From Scenedesmus sp. PABB004 (Eukaryota): a stretch of DNA of 64,000 nucleotides. Below the pieces are notes generated by a model, which saw nothing but the letters and a program-made list of their open reading frames with translations, searched no databases and was not told the origin of the DNA. Below, in pieces: positions 1 through 12,094 of the stretch (position 1 is its first letter; the number at the start of each line of letters is the position of its first letter). The position numbers were made by a program, and so were the translations under genes. The stretch lies in the NCBI GenBank assembly GCA_014905635.1, contig CM026547.1, forward strand, positions 3,286,001 through 3,350,000, in the 5' to 3' direction.

Positions 1-2868
1 CGCGGCGAGGCAGCCCGCGACGAGGCCGACGAGGTGCGAGAGGAAGACGGCGGTGGGGTTGGCCATGGCGACGTAGCCGCAGCGCCACGCATAGAGCGCA
101 TTGGACGCGCTGCTCGCAGCGCCGAGCAGCAGCCCCGCGCACGCGAGCGCAGCGCCGACGCCGGCGCCGCCGCCGGTGCCCGCCCACGAGGCAAACACGA
201 GCGCGCCGAGCTGCGCCCACGCGCTCGCGAGGCTCACGTCGGTCGCGCCCGCGCCGCGCGCGTTGGCCAGCGCGACGGGCGCCGCGAGGGCGGCCGCGAC
301 GAGCACGTGCTGCGGCGACAGCCCCGTGCCGCCGCCGGCGACGGCGCCGCCCTCGGCGCCGGTGGCCGCGGCCGCGCCGAGCAGCGCCGGCAGCGCGCCC
401 ACCGCCGCCGCGGCGAGCGAGATGAAGCCGAGCAGGCCCCAAAAACCCCGCACCCCCGTGTCTGCGGCAAAGATGTGCGCCCGCAGCGCGCGCTCCATCG
501 CTGCCAAGCTGAACTGGAGGCTGCTCGCGTCGCTCAGCGCGTCCGACTCGAGCGTCGCGAGCGCCGCCGCGCGCAGCGAGCTGCGCAGGCCGCGCCGCGC
601 GCGCCGGCGCTTCAGGCCCGGCCCGGGAGTGCCGCGCGGGTTGGCGTCGCCGCCGCGCGGCGCCTCGCCGGCCCCGCCCGCGCCGCCGGGCTTGGCGGGC
701 GCCAGCCCGCCGCCGCGCGCCGGCGGCGCCGCGTCGTCGCCGCCACGGCCGCGGCGCAGCGCCGCCACGGCCAGCACGCCCGCCTTGACGCCGTGGTACG
801 CCGCGTCGCCCAGCAGCAGGGCGAGCGCGACGACCAGGTGATACCCGTAAGCGCCGCGCACGTCGCCCGGCGGCAGGCCGGCCGGGTACCAGTCGCCCTC
901 CCGGCTCGCGAGCGCGGGCCACAGGACCGCCCAGAAGGCGAGTCCGCCCGCGAGCAGCGACCACGCGACGCCGATCGGCGCGATCAGGCCCAGGCCGACC
1001 GTGGCGAGGCTCGCGTCAAAGTTCCAGGTGAAGGCCAGGGCCTGCAGCCCAAAGGTCGGGAAGCGCGCAAAGCCCTGGCCGCACGTGGGGTTGTTGAAGA
1101 CCCACGTGTACGCCGAAAACGCGGCCGCGATGGCGCCCCACTGCAGGAAGCGCGACATCTGCGCACCGCACGCGCGGGCGGGGCCGCGGGTCAGCACGCG
1201 CCTCCCCGCGCGCGCAAGCAAAACAGAACCCTGCCACGCCCGCGCCGGCCGCCGCGCGGCGGCGGCGGCGGCGGCGCGCCTGCTTGGCGCCGTGGTAGCT
1301 GCCCGCCGGCGTGTGCAGCACGGCGACGAGCTGCCCCGCGGCCGTGCCCGTGGCAAAGGTCATGCTGCGCGCCGCAAAGATGCGCCGGCGCAGCGGCAGC
1401 ATCAGCAGCGCGCCGGGCAGCCCGACCAGCGCGAGGTAGGCAGCGAGGGGCCAGTAGCCCGGCGCCCACACGAGGCTGGGCAGGTTGCCGGGCACGCCGC
1501 CGCCGAGGCGCGCCGCGGCGGGGCGCTGCAGCGCGAGCAGCACGCTGCCGAGCCCGCCCGCGCCCGCGGTGCCGGCGAGCCCGAGCGCCGCCGACGCCGC
1601 GACCGCGACTTCCTGGGCGGCGAGCGGCGGCACGCAGCCGCGCAGGTCCCGGCCCAGCAGGGCGGTGTAGGCGCGCAGCAGCGCCCAGCAGCCGCCCGCG
1701 AGCACGACCTGCGGGCACGACACGGGCGGCAGCTCAGTGGCCGGAGCGAGGAAGGCTGCGGGGTCAAGGTGGCCAGCTGCAGGTCCCGCCCTCGACCAGG
1801 CGCCCCGCCCGCCCAGCCGCGCCCGACCTGCAGGTTCGGCGCCACGCCGGTGACGAGTGCGACGCGCGTGGTCAGCAGCAGCACGGCGGCGCCGACGATG
1901 AGCCCCGCGACGAGCGCGCGCGCCGTGAGCTGCCCGGCGAACGGAGGCAGCGGCGTCGTGCTGCCGGGCGGCACGATGGCCGCGCTGCTGCTGGCGCAGG
2001 TGCTCGCGCGGTCGTCGTCATGGCCGGCGTCGGTGCCGCCGCCGGCGCCGGCGCCGCCGTTGTCCGGGCCAGCGGCCAGCGGCACGTGGTGCCAGTCCTC
2101 AGCGTCTGCGGGCCCCGCCTCTGGCGTGTCGCCGCCGTGTGCCAAGCCAAAGAGTCCCGGCTTGGGCGGCACGCCCGCGCCGCCGCCAGCCGCGCCGCCG
2201 GCAAGCTGCACCGCCACGTGCGCCGCGGCCGCGCCCGGCTGCGCGGGGGCGCGCAGCGGCTCCAGCTCGGCGTCGCCGCCGACGCCCGGCAGCTGGCAGG
2301 GCGGCTCCGGCGCCGCCAGGGGGTTGGGCACGTGCAGGCCGTGCGCCGGCGGCGCCGCCGCCCCCGCGCGCGAGCTGCCCGCGCAGCGCGCGCCGGGCTC
2401 GGCGTGCGGCGCGGTGGGCGGCAGCGCGGGCGGGCACGGCGCCGGGAGGTCGGGCCCGCCCAGCGCGCTCGCGAGCGCCGCGCCGCCGCCGCCGCCGCGC
2501 GCGCCGTCGCGCACGCCGCCGCGCTGCTGCGCCGGCCAGGCCGGCTCGCCGGGCACCGCCGGGTAGAGTGCCTGCCCGCTGCCGCCGCGCTTCATCGCCG
2601 GCCTCGTCGGCAGCGCCGCGCTGTCAAACTGGCGCGGCGCGGCGGCGCCCTGGCCCTGGTCGCTCGCGCGCTCGGCCCGCGCGGCGCCCGCGGCGGCGTC
2701 GTCGCCGCCCGCGCCGTCGCCGCTGCCGCGCAGGAAGCCGCGCAGGAGCTGGCTGTAGCGCACGCCGGCGGCGCGGGGGGCGGGCGGCGGCTGGGGCGCC
2801 GGCTCGACAAAGCTCACCGACGGCACGCGCCGCAGGCCGCCCGGCGGCGGCGGCGCGTCGGGCTCCAT
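1..2868 (-). CDS. YSL: YSL (yellow stripe-like)/OPT family metal-chelate or oligopeptide transporter, spliced, 3' end runs off the window
   Basis: Exons translate to PPFAGQLTARALVAGLIVG...VTGVAPNLQ, PLAAQE, GGLGSVLLAL, LMLPLRRRIF...TFATGTAAGQLVAVLHTP, GFARFPTFGLQA...NFDASLATVGLGLI, EGDWYPAGLP, ALLLGDAAYH, VFASWAG and WRCGYVAMANPTAVFLSHLVG. These are collinear with plant YSL motifs (EQITVRGL, LTTGLVPNLN, VPLRK..TYPSGTATA..NGFHTP, FPTFGL, GDWFP, ILGDG). The start is uncertain: ATG 2868 gives a long low-complexity N-terminus. Confidence 0.85.
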
Positions 2869-3444
2869 GCGGCCCAGGCCGCAGAGGCTGGCCGACGGGC
2901 CTGCCGGCGGCGGGGGCGGGGTCAGGCGGCGCTGTCAGGCGCAGAGGGCAGCTGCGACCGCGCAGCAGCGGCAGCGCCGCTGCCGTCGCCGCCGCGGCCA
3001 GCCGAGGAGCTGGCCGACGGCCTTCCACGCTGCGGGAGCCGCGCTGCCGGCCGGTGGCGCCCGCAGCGCCTCCATGCTGGCAGCTCCGAGCGCGCAGCAG
3101 CGTCGCTGCCTGGCCGCCGCCGCCGCGCGCGCCCCCGCGCGGTCAGCGCGCGCCCGGAGCTCACCTGAGCCTGAGGCTACAGTGCGCCCACGCGCGGGGT
3201 CACGCGACGAGCGCGGTCGCGCGCCCGCCCGCAGCCGCGGGGCCGCGCCGGCCGCGCCGCGCAGGTGGCAGGGCGCTCCGCGTGCGCCCGTGATCGTGAC
3301 AGGGGGAGGTGCGCAAGCCGCGATTGGCACGCGAGCGGAGCTCACTCGCTTCTGCGCGCCTGGCACACCCGCTGTCGAGCTGCCGGAAGCTTGGCGGGTC
3401 AGCCCGACTGCCGGGCCGCGCGCAGGCCTGGGCGAGCGCGGGGG

Positions 3445-3582
3445 GAGCTCGTGCGGGCTGCCATGAGCTGCGCGCGAGCTTACGGCGCCAGCGGCGGCGG
3501 CGGCGCCCCGGTCTCCGGGCGCTGGTGCCCGTGATGGCGCTGTAAGCTCGCGCGCAACTCATGGCAGCCCGCCACGCAGCTC
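3445..3582. repeat. Inverted repeat / long hairpin
   Basis: 3453-3490 (GCGGGCTGCCATGAGCTGCGCGCGAGCTTACGGCGCCA) is the reverse complement of 3535-3572 with 2 mismatches in 38 bp. Pairing extends with bulges to 3445/3582. Confidence 0.9.
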
Positions 3583-5180
3583 ACGGCACCGCCGGGCCCG
3601 GCGGCGGCGCCAGCACGGGCACGAGCGCCGGGCCCGGCGGCGCCAGCAGCAGGTGCGGTCCGATGTCGCGCACGCTGCGGCAGCCGCTGAGCGCCATGGC
3701 CAGCTCCAGCTCGGCCCTCAGTCCGTCGACCACGGCGGTGACGCCCTGCTCGCCGTCGACGGCGAGCCCGTACAGAACCGGCCGCCCCAGCAGCACGGCG
3801 TCGGCACCCAGCGCGAGGGCCTTGAGGATGTCGGAGCCGCGCCGGACGCCGCCGTCCACGAGCACGGGGCACCGCCCAGCGACGGCCGCGACGACGCCTG
3901 CGGCGGCGCGCGCGGCGCTCCGCTCGGCGGCGGGGCGGGCCCCGCGCGGCGCGCGCGGCGCGCGCCCGCGGCCGCGCGGCGCCGCGCGCCCGGGAGCATG
4001 TCGAGCGCGCTGGGCGCGTAGTCGAGCTGGCGGCCGCCGTGGTTGGAGACGACGACGCCGTCGACGCCGGCGGCCAGCGCGAGCGCCGCGTCGGCGGGCG
4101 CGAGGACGCCCTTGACCAGGACTGGCAGCGCCGTGATCGAGCGCAGCCATGCGATGCCCTCCCAGGTGAGGCTGTCGTCGACCTCCTTGGCAAAGAGCTC
4201 AAACAGCCCCGAGCCGTGCTCCGCCGCGCGCGCGTTGAGCAGGTCGGCGTCGCCGCCGCCCGCCGCCGCGGCGCGCTTGGCCGCGAGCGCCTGCAGGTTG
4301 GCCATGCGCAGGTGCTCCGGCAGCTGGAACCTGCGGCGCCGCGCGGTGGAGGGCGGGTGAGGCGGGCGCCGTCTCCCGCGCCACGGGCGGCGCCCGACGC
4401 CGGGCGCCAGCGCGCGCGCGTGCCCGCGGCCCTGCCCGCGCCTGTTGCGCTCGTCAGCCTCACGGCGCCCGAGGCGCTGTGCATCCACCGTCACAACGAG
4501 CGCCTTGTAGCCGGCGGCCTCCGCCTCGGCGACCCACGACGCCACGAGGTCGCGGTCGCGGATGACGTATAGCTGGAACAGCAGGCAGGTGTGCTGCGAC
4601 TGGCGCGCCACGTCGGCGATCGATTGATTGGCCATCGTGGACACACACTGCGGTCGCAGGCGGGAGCGGCGACACGTCGCGAGGGGGCGGTGACGCGGCC
4701 CGGCGACGCCGCGCGGCGCCGCCGCGCACCATCGGCACCCCTGCTGCGGCCGCGCCGCGCGCGGTGCCGGCCTCCATGCTCGCGTGCGCGAGGCCGTGCA
4801 TGGCCATGGGCGCGACCAGCAGCGGCAGCGACGCCCGGAAGCCTGCGCGTCGCCGGCGGCGCGCAGCGCGGCCCGGGCGCGGTGGCTGAGCTGGAGCGTG
4901 GGCGGCGGCAGGCAGCAGCTGCAGTGGCTGAGCCGCCGCCCGGCTCACCCAGCAGCTCTGTGCTCGTGTCCACGCGGCCCACGTCGACCAGGATGCGGGG
5001 CAGGATGCGGTAGCGCGAAAACGCGGCGCGGTTGTCGCGGACCGTCGTCTCCGTCTCGGCGCCGCCGGCATAGTAGTCGAACACCATGCGCGGCAGCCGC
5101 TCAGCCGCCAGGGCCTCCAGCTCGTCCAGGTTGAGCCAGGCCCGGCGCGCGGGCGGCGCGCACCCGCGGCCGCCGCTCAT
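3581..5180 (-). CDS. GLO: FMN-dependent (S)-2-hydroxy-acid oxidase (glycolate oxidase / L-lactate oxidase family), spliced
   Basis: Motifs: [122 protein letters not shown] at 5180, TGA at 3581-3583. Confidence 0.93.
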
Positions 5181-5557
5181 TGCACCCTCGCTGCGGGTCG
5201 GGCGCGGCGGCGGCGCTCGCTGCCGCCGGATCGGGGCACGGCGGCCGGGAGCCCAGGGCTGGCGGGTGGCGGGGGCCCAAGGGGGTAGCGGGCGGCGCTG
5301 TGGGCACGGGGCGGCTGGGCGAAGGGCCAGGCGAGGTGCCGGCGCGGCGCTGCGCCCTTGCGCCCCAGGTGTCAGTTTCTGCTGCTGCTGCCGCCACGCC
5401 CGGCGCGCACGGCCGCCCGCGCGCGCCGCGCGTCCGCACACTGGGACGACTCGGCACCCGCAGCACTCCGCCGGGCCGCGAGCGCCGCCCCCAACGACCT
5501 TCTGGTTGCGGCCCTCCCGCAGTCGCGCGCCAGGCCGCGGGCGGCCGCTTGGGCAGC

Positions 5558-7796
5558 ATGGGCTTCAAGGTGGGGGCCCCTGGCTGCCGGGGGCGGGCGC
5601 GGCGCGTGCGCGGGCGCCGCGCGGGGCGGTGGCGGGCGGCGATGTCGGCCGCTGATGGACGTTTGCCCCCCGCAGGTGCTCAACCTGGTGCGGCCCTTCC
5701 TGGGGCTGCTCCCAGACGTGGCGCAGGCGGAGAGGAAGATCCCGTTCAAGGAGAAGGTGCTGTACACGGCCGTGACGCTCTTCGTGTTCCTGGTGTGCTC
5801 CCAGCTGCCGCTCTACGGCATCAAGACCAACTCCGGCGCCGACCCCTTCTACTGGGCGCGCGTGATCATGGCCTCTAACCGCGGCACGTGCATGGAGCTG
5901 GGCATCAGCCCCATCGTGACCTCGGGGCTGGTCATGCAGCTGCTGGCCGGCAGCAAGATCATCGACGTGGACAACTCCGTCAAGGCCGACCGCGACCTGC
6001 TCAACGGCGCGCAGAAGCTGCTCGGCGTGCTCATCACCATCGGCGAGGCCGTCGCCTACGTCGTGAGCGGCATGTACGGCGACGTGCGCGAGCTCGGCGC
6101 CGTCAACGCCATCCTCATCATCCTGCAGCTCTTCTGCGCCGGCATCATCGTCATCTGCCTCGACGAGCTGCTCCAGAAGGGCTACGGCATGGGCTCGGGC
6201 ATCTCCCTCTTCATCGCGACCAACATCTGCGAGCAGATCATTTGGAAGGCGTTCAGCCCGTACACCGTCACCGGTACGCGCGCCCGCGCGCGCCTCGCGT
6301 GCTTGCCCGCGCGCGCCGGCGGCGCGCGGCAGCGCACCTGGCGCGGCAGCGCGCCCGGCGCGGCAACCGGGGGTCCGCCGCGGCGCGCGGGCGCGGCGCG
6401 GCCGCCGGCGCGGGCAGCAGCAGCGGCGCAGCAGCGACGCAGCAGCGGCGCCCGCCGGGGGGCGCCACGTGCAGCGGCACGCGCGGTCGCCGCGCCGCGC
6501 GGCAGCCAGCGAGCAGCGGGACGAGTGCCCGTGCCAGCAGCGGCTGGGCGGCGGCGGCGCGCGCCGTCGCCGTGTCGGTTGCGGCGGTTGGGCGGCGGTT
6601 GGCGCGCCGCCGCGCGCCCACCCGCGCCGCCCGCCGCCTGCGCCGCCGCGCGCGCAGGCGCGCGCGGCGCCGAGTTTGAGGGCGCCGTGATCGCGCTCTT
6701 CCACCTGCTGCTCACGCGCAACGACAAGGTCCGCGCGCTCAAGGAGGCGTTCTACCGCCCCAACCTGCCCAACATCACCAACCTGCTCGCCACGATCCTC
6801 GTCTTCCTCGTGGTCATCTACTTCCAGGGCTTCCGCGTCGACCTGCCCGTGCGCAACAAGCGCTCGCGCGGGCAGCAGGGCACGTACCCGATCAAGCTCT
6901 TCTACACGAGCAACATGCCCATCATCCTCTACTCGGCGCTCGTGTCCAACATGTACTTCATCTCCCAGCTCCTCTACAAGCGCTACGGCGGCAACTTCCT
7001 CGTCCAGCTCCTCGGCCGCTGGCAGGAGAGCGAGTACAGCGGCCAGATGGCGCCCGTGGGCGGGCTCGCGTACTACATCTCGCCGCCGGGGAGCCTCTCC
7101 GAGGTCGCGGCCAACCCGCTGCACGCGATCTTCTACGTCACCTTCATGCTCACCGCCTGCGCGCTCTTCTCCAAGACCTGGATCGAGGTCTCCGGCTCCT
7201 CCGCGAGCGACGTCGCGAAGCAGCTCAAGGAGCAGCAGATGTTCATCCAGGCGCGCAGCCTCGCAGCGCGGCGCCGCGCGGGGCGCGGACGCCGTCGCCG
7301 CCCGCAGCGCCGCCGTGCCGCCGCCGCCGCGCTGACCCCCGCCCCTCTCCCTCCCTCCCTCCCTCTCGCTCCCTCCCTCTCCCTCGCGCGCGCGTGCGCC
7401 GCCGCAGGGCCACCGCGACACGCAGTCGAGCCTCAAGAAGGAGCTCAACCGCTACATCCCGACCGCGGCCGCGTTTGGCGGCATGTGCATCGGCGCGCTC
7501 ACGATCGTCGCCGACTTCATGGGCGCCATCGGCAGCGGCACGGGCATCCTGCTCGCGGTGACCATCATCTACCAGTACTACGAGAGCTACGGTGAGCAGC
7601 AGGCAGCAGCCGGCCGCGGCGGCGCATGGCCGGCCGGCCGCCCGGGCGCGGGCGGGCGGGCGCGGCGCGGCGCAGCGGGGCCGCGCGCCAGCGGCGCCGC
7701 GCGCGCGCTGGGCTCACGCCCCGCCGCGCCCCGCGCGCCGCGCCGCTCCCGCCGCGTGCAGAGAAGGAGAAGTCGCAGATGGGCGCCATCTTCTGA
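5558..7796 (+). CDS. SEC61A: Protein transport protein Sec61 subunit alpha (5 exons)
   Basis: [19 protein letters not shown]...[113 protein letters not shown]. Exons approximately 5558-5569, 5676-6273, 6658-7250, 7408-7591 and 7762-7796. Confidence 0.97.
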
Positions 7797-8121
7797 GCGG
7801 CGCACGAAGCAGCAGCAGCAGCAGCGGCAGCGGCAGCGGCAGCAGCCACTGCAGCAGCAGCGGCAGCCACTGTGCCGGCGGCGCTGGCGCTGGCGCGGCG
7901 CTGCTGTCCGGACGGCGCCGCGCACGCGCGTGCTCCGTGGCGCTCGGATGCCAGGCACGCGGGCGGGCGGCGCGGGCGATCGCAGCATGGCCGGGGGCGG
8001 GGCACGGCGGGCGGGGCGGCTGGCGCGGCGGCAACGAAGCAGGGGCGGGCGCCGGGCGCGCGCGCGCGCGCACGGCAGCGGTCGCTGCCCGCGCGCGGCG
8101 TGGCGGCGCCCGCCTGCAACG

Positions 8122-8151
8122 TTTGCGGGGATTGTGCGCAACATTTTTGAA
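8122..8151 (+). promoter_or_regulatory. Candidate cell-cycle promoter element (CHR-like TTTGAA) upstream of DDX11
   Basis: AT-rich island with TTTGAA at 8146-8151, about 355 bp upstream of the DDX11 ATG. Motif match only. Confidence 0.35.
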
Positions 8152-8505
8152 CGCGCGCGACCGCGTGAGCGCGGCGCGGCGTCAGGCGGGCGGCGGTGCC
8201 GCCGCCTGGTTAGGGTCGCCGCCCCGCTGCCTCCAGCTTGCCATATGCGTGCGCGTCTGCGTGCTAGGTGCCGGCAGGGCGCGGCGAGCGGGCGTGGCAG
8301 CGGGCGGCGCGGGCGGGCGGGGAGGCGGGCGTGACGGCGGGTAACGAACCGACACGAGCGACGGCGCAGTGTGACAGCAGCAGGCCGCAGCGGCGCAGGC
8401 CCATGCCCTGGCGCTGGCCGCGGCGGCAGCAGTCGCCCGTGCTGCCGGCGGCCGCAGCCGAGCAGCGCCGGCAGCGCGCGGCCGCCGTGCGCGCCGGCGT
8501 GCGCC

Positions 8506-11500
8506 ATGGCCGCGCCTGCCGAGCCCAGCGAGGAGGAGCTGACGGCGCAGCTGGCTGGCGCCTTTCCGCACCCGCCGTACGACATTCAGCGCCAGCTCAT
8601 GGCCGCCATCTACGCCGCCGTCCAGGGCGGCCAGATCGGGCTGTTCGAGAGCCCCACGGGTGCGTGTGCTGGCGGAGAGGCAGGGCAGCTGCTCGCGCCG
8701 GTCCCGCGCCACCTGGGGGCGGCGGCGGCGCGGCGCAGCGGGCTGGAGGGCGCGCGCGCGCGGCGCTGCTGCTGCTGCGCGTTTGAATCGCACGGCCGCC
8801 GCAGGCACCGGCAAGACGCTCAGCGTCATCTGCAGCGTGCTCAAGTGGCTCGAGGACGAGCGTGCGGCGCAGGCGGCGGCAGCGGCGGCGGCAGCAGGTG
8901 CGCGCGGGTCGAGGCGCACAGCGCGGGGTGCATGCGCGAGCTGCGCTGTCGGAGCCGCCCCGCCGCCGCCGACGCCCCGCCCCCGCCCCGCCGCGGCAGA
9001 GGAGGACAACGGCCTGCCGGACTGGATGCGCGGCTTCGGCGCGCCCGAGCCGCCGCCGGCCGCGGCGCGCCCGCCGGCGGCGGCGCCGCAGAAGCACGCG
9101 GCGCGCAAGGTGCGGCCGGGCGCCGCGGCAGCAGCGGCAGCGCCGCGGCACGGCCGCCCAGGAGCCGCGCGCGGCGCGCGCGCAGGCCAAGCCGCGCGGC
9201 GCGGCGGTGCTGGACGAGGACGGCACCGACCTCTCCGAGTTCCTCGTCGACGGCGGCGGCAGCGACGGCGGCGGCGGCCCCGGCGCCAAGCGCCCCGCCA
9301 GCGAGACCGGCTACGTCAGCAGCGACAGCGACAACGACGGCGGCGGCGGCGGCGGCGGGGAGGGCGACGGCGGCGGCGACGGCGACGGCGGCGCGGCGGC
9401 GGTCGAGCGCCGCCGGCCGCAGGTCATCTTCTGCAGCCGCACGCACTCGCAGCTCTCGCAGTTTGTGGGCGAGCTGCACCGCACGCGCTTCGCCGACAGC
9501 GTCACGCTCATGGCGGTCGGCTCGCGCAAGGCGCTGTGCGTCAACGACGAGGTTGCCAGGCTGGCGGAGCTGTCGCAGATCAACGAGCGCTGCATGGACC
9601 TGCAGCGCAGCAAGGCCTCGTCGGGGCGGAAGGCCGCCGCGCTCGCGCCCGCGCGCCGCACCCGCGCTGGGGCGCGGCGCCCGGCGGCGCCGCGCAGGCG
9701 GGCGTGGTGGCGTTTGGCGCGCGCGCGCCGCAGCCGCGGCGGCAGCGCGCCAAGAAGGCGGCGGGCTGCCCCTTCCTGGCCGTCGACGGCGCCGCGTGGT
9801 CGGAGTTTGGCGACCTGCTGCTCGCGGCGCCGGTGGACGTCGAGGAGCTGGCGAGCCTGGGGCGCAGGCGCAAGGTGCGGCGGCGCTGCCGGCCCGCGCA
9901 GCGCCCGCCCGGTCGGCCAGGGGGGGGGGGGGGCTGGCGGCCTGAGCGCGACGCGGGCGCCCCGTGGCCTCGCCGCCGCCGCCGCCGCCGCGGCAGGTGT
10001 GCCCCTACTACGGCTCGCGCCGCGCGCTGCCCGGCGCCGACGTGGTGCTCGCGCCGTACAGCTCGGTGCTGTCCCCGGACGCGCGCGCCGCGCTCGGCAT
10101 CGAGCTCGCCGACGCGGTGGTGGTCTTTGACGAGGCGCACAACCTCCTGGACGCCATAAACTCCGCGCACAGCGCCGCCGTGACGGGTGGGCCGCGCGCC
10201 GCGCCCGCGCACGCGGCGCTGCGCGGCTGACGGCGACATGCCTCTCACCCGCCGCCGCCGCTGGCGGCGCTGCGCGCAGCGTGGCAGCTGCTGTCGGTGC
10301 AGCGCAGCCTGGCGGCGTACCACGAGCGCTTCAGGGGCGTGCTCGCGCCCGCCAACGCGCAGCACATCGCGCTGCTGCGCCGCGTCGCGGCCGAGCTGCA
10401 CGCGTGCCTCGCGGCCGCGGCGGCGCAGCAGGCGCCGCAGGCGGCGGCGCAGGCGGCGCCGCAGGAGCAGGGCCCGCTGCCGGCGGCGCCGCCGGGGCGC
10501 GTCGTGTCGGTCAACGACCTGCTGTTTGACCTCGGGCTCGACAGTATCAACATGTTTGAGCTCGCGCGCTGGGTGAAGGACACCAAGCTCGCGTTCAAGG
10601 CGCGCCCAGCGCGCCGCCGCCCGCGCCCCGCGCGGCGCCGCCCGCGCTGCACACGCGCGCCGCGCCGCGGCGAGGGGCGCGCTGACAGCCGCTGGCGGCG
10701 CTGCGTGCCGCCCCGCGTCGCGCAGGTCGCTGGCTACACCGCGGCGGCGGTTGCGCGCGCGGGCGGCAGCCTGGAGCTGCAGCTGCGCGGGGTGCCCGCG
10801 AGCGCGGGCGGCGGCGAGGCGGCGCAGGAGGGGGAGCAGCCGCCGCGGCCGCAGCAGCAGGGGCACGAGCTGGGCGCGCTGTCGGCGCGTGACGGCGTGT
10901 CGGCGATCCACGCCTTCATCGGCTTCCTGCTCAGCCTCACCAGCTGCGACGCAGACGGGCGCGTCATCGTGGAGCCCGCCGCGCCCGCGCCCGAGCCCAG
11001 CGGCGGCGACGCGGGCGGCGCGCGCGGCGGGCGGCTGCGCTACGTGCTGCTCAACGCGGCGCGCCACTTTGGCCGGCTGCTGTCGAGCGCGCGCAGCGTG
11101 CTGCTCGTGTCCGGCACGCTCGCGCCGGTCGCCGGCCTCGCGGCGCAGCTCTTCCCGGGCCAGCCGCCGGAGCGGCTGCGGCACTTTGAGTGCGGGCACG
11201 TCGTGCCCGCGGCGCACCTGCTGGCGGTCGCGGTCGGCCGCGGGCCGGCGGGCGCGCGCTGCAGCTCACGCACGGCGCGCGGCGCGACGCCGGCGTCGCG
11301 GCGGAGCTGGGCCAGCTGCTCCTCAACCTCGCCGGCGTCGTGCCCGAGGGCCTCGTCGTGTTTGCGCCGAGCTTTGCCTTCCTGCAGTGGCTCACAGACG
11401 CGTGGGCCGCCAGCAAGCTGCTCGCCCGCCTGCAGCAGCGCAAGGCGGTCTTCAGGTGCGGCCCGGCGCGGCGCCGCGCGCCGGCGAGGCCGCCCGCCGC

Positions 11501-11619
11501 CCGCCGCCCGCACCCACGCCGCGCCCGCGCCCGCGCCCGCGCCGCGCGCAGGGAGCCGCGCAGCGCGACTGAGGTTGAGGCCGTGCTCGCGCAGTATGCC
11601 GCCGCCATCGCCGGCGGCA

Positions 11620-11667
<48 letters not shown>

Positions 11668-12061
11668 GCGGCGGCGGCGGCGACAGCCCCGCCGCCGCGC
11701 AGGGAGCCGCGTCCAACGGCGCGCTCATGCTGTGCGTGGTGGGCGGCAAGCTGTCGGAGGGCATCAACTTCGGGGACGGCCTCGGCAGGCGCGGCGCGCG
11801 GCGCGCATGCCAGCAGCGCGGCGGCGGCGCCCGCGCGCCGCGCGGCATGCTCACGCCCGCCGTGCGCGCGCGCCCGGCGCAGGTGCGTGGTGATGCTGGG
11901 CATGCCCTTCCCCAACCCCGCCGACCCGGAGCTGCGCGAGCGCATGGCCTACCTCGACGCCTGCGCCGCGCCGGGCGGCCCGCCGGTGCCGGCGCCCCCG
12001 CGGCGGCAGCGGCGGCGGCGGCGGCCGTCCAGCCGGAGCAGCCGGGCCAGGAGCAGCTGCA

Positions 12062-12094
<33 letters not shown>

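Noticed and set aside
34..3168. 1044-aa plus-strand ORF
   Set aside because: Arg/Ala-rich antisense shadow of the YSL gene; stop codons are rare at this GC content.
3445..3583. SECIS or stop read-through at the oxidase TGA
   Set aside because: The AUGA in the stem pairs Watson-Crick with UCAU rather than forming a GA quartet, and read-through gives an Arg-rich tail with no PTS1.
7808..7870. CAG/CGG run after Sec61 as a polyQ exon
   Set aside because: It lies after the TGA at 7794-7796, so it is a 3' UTR microsatellite.
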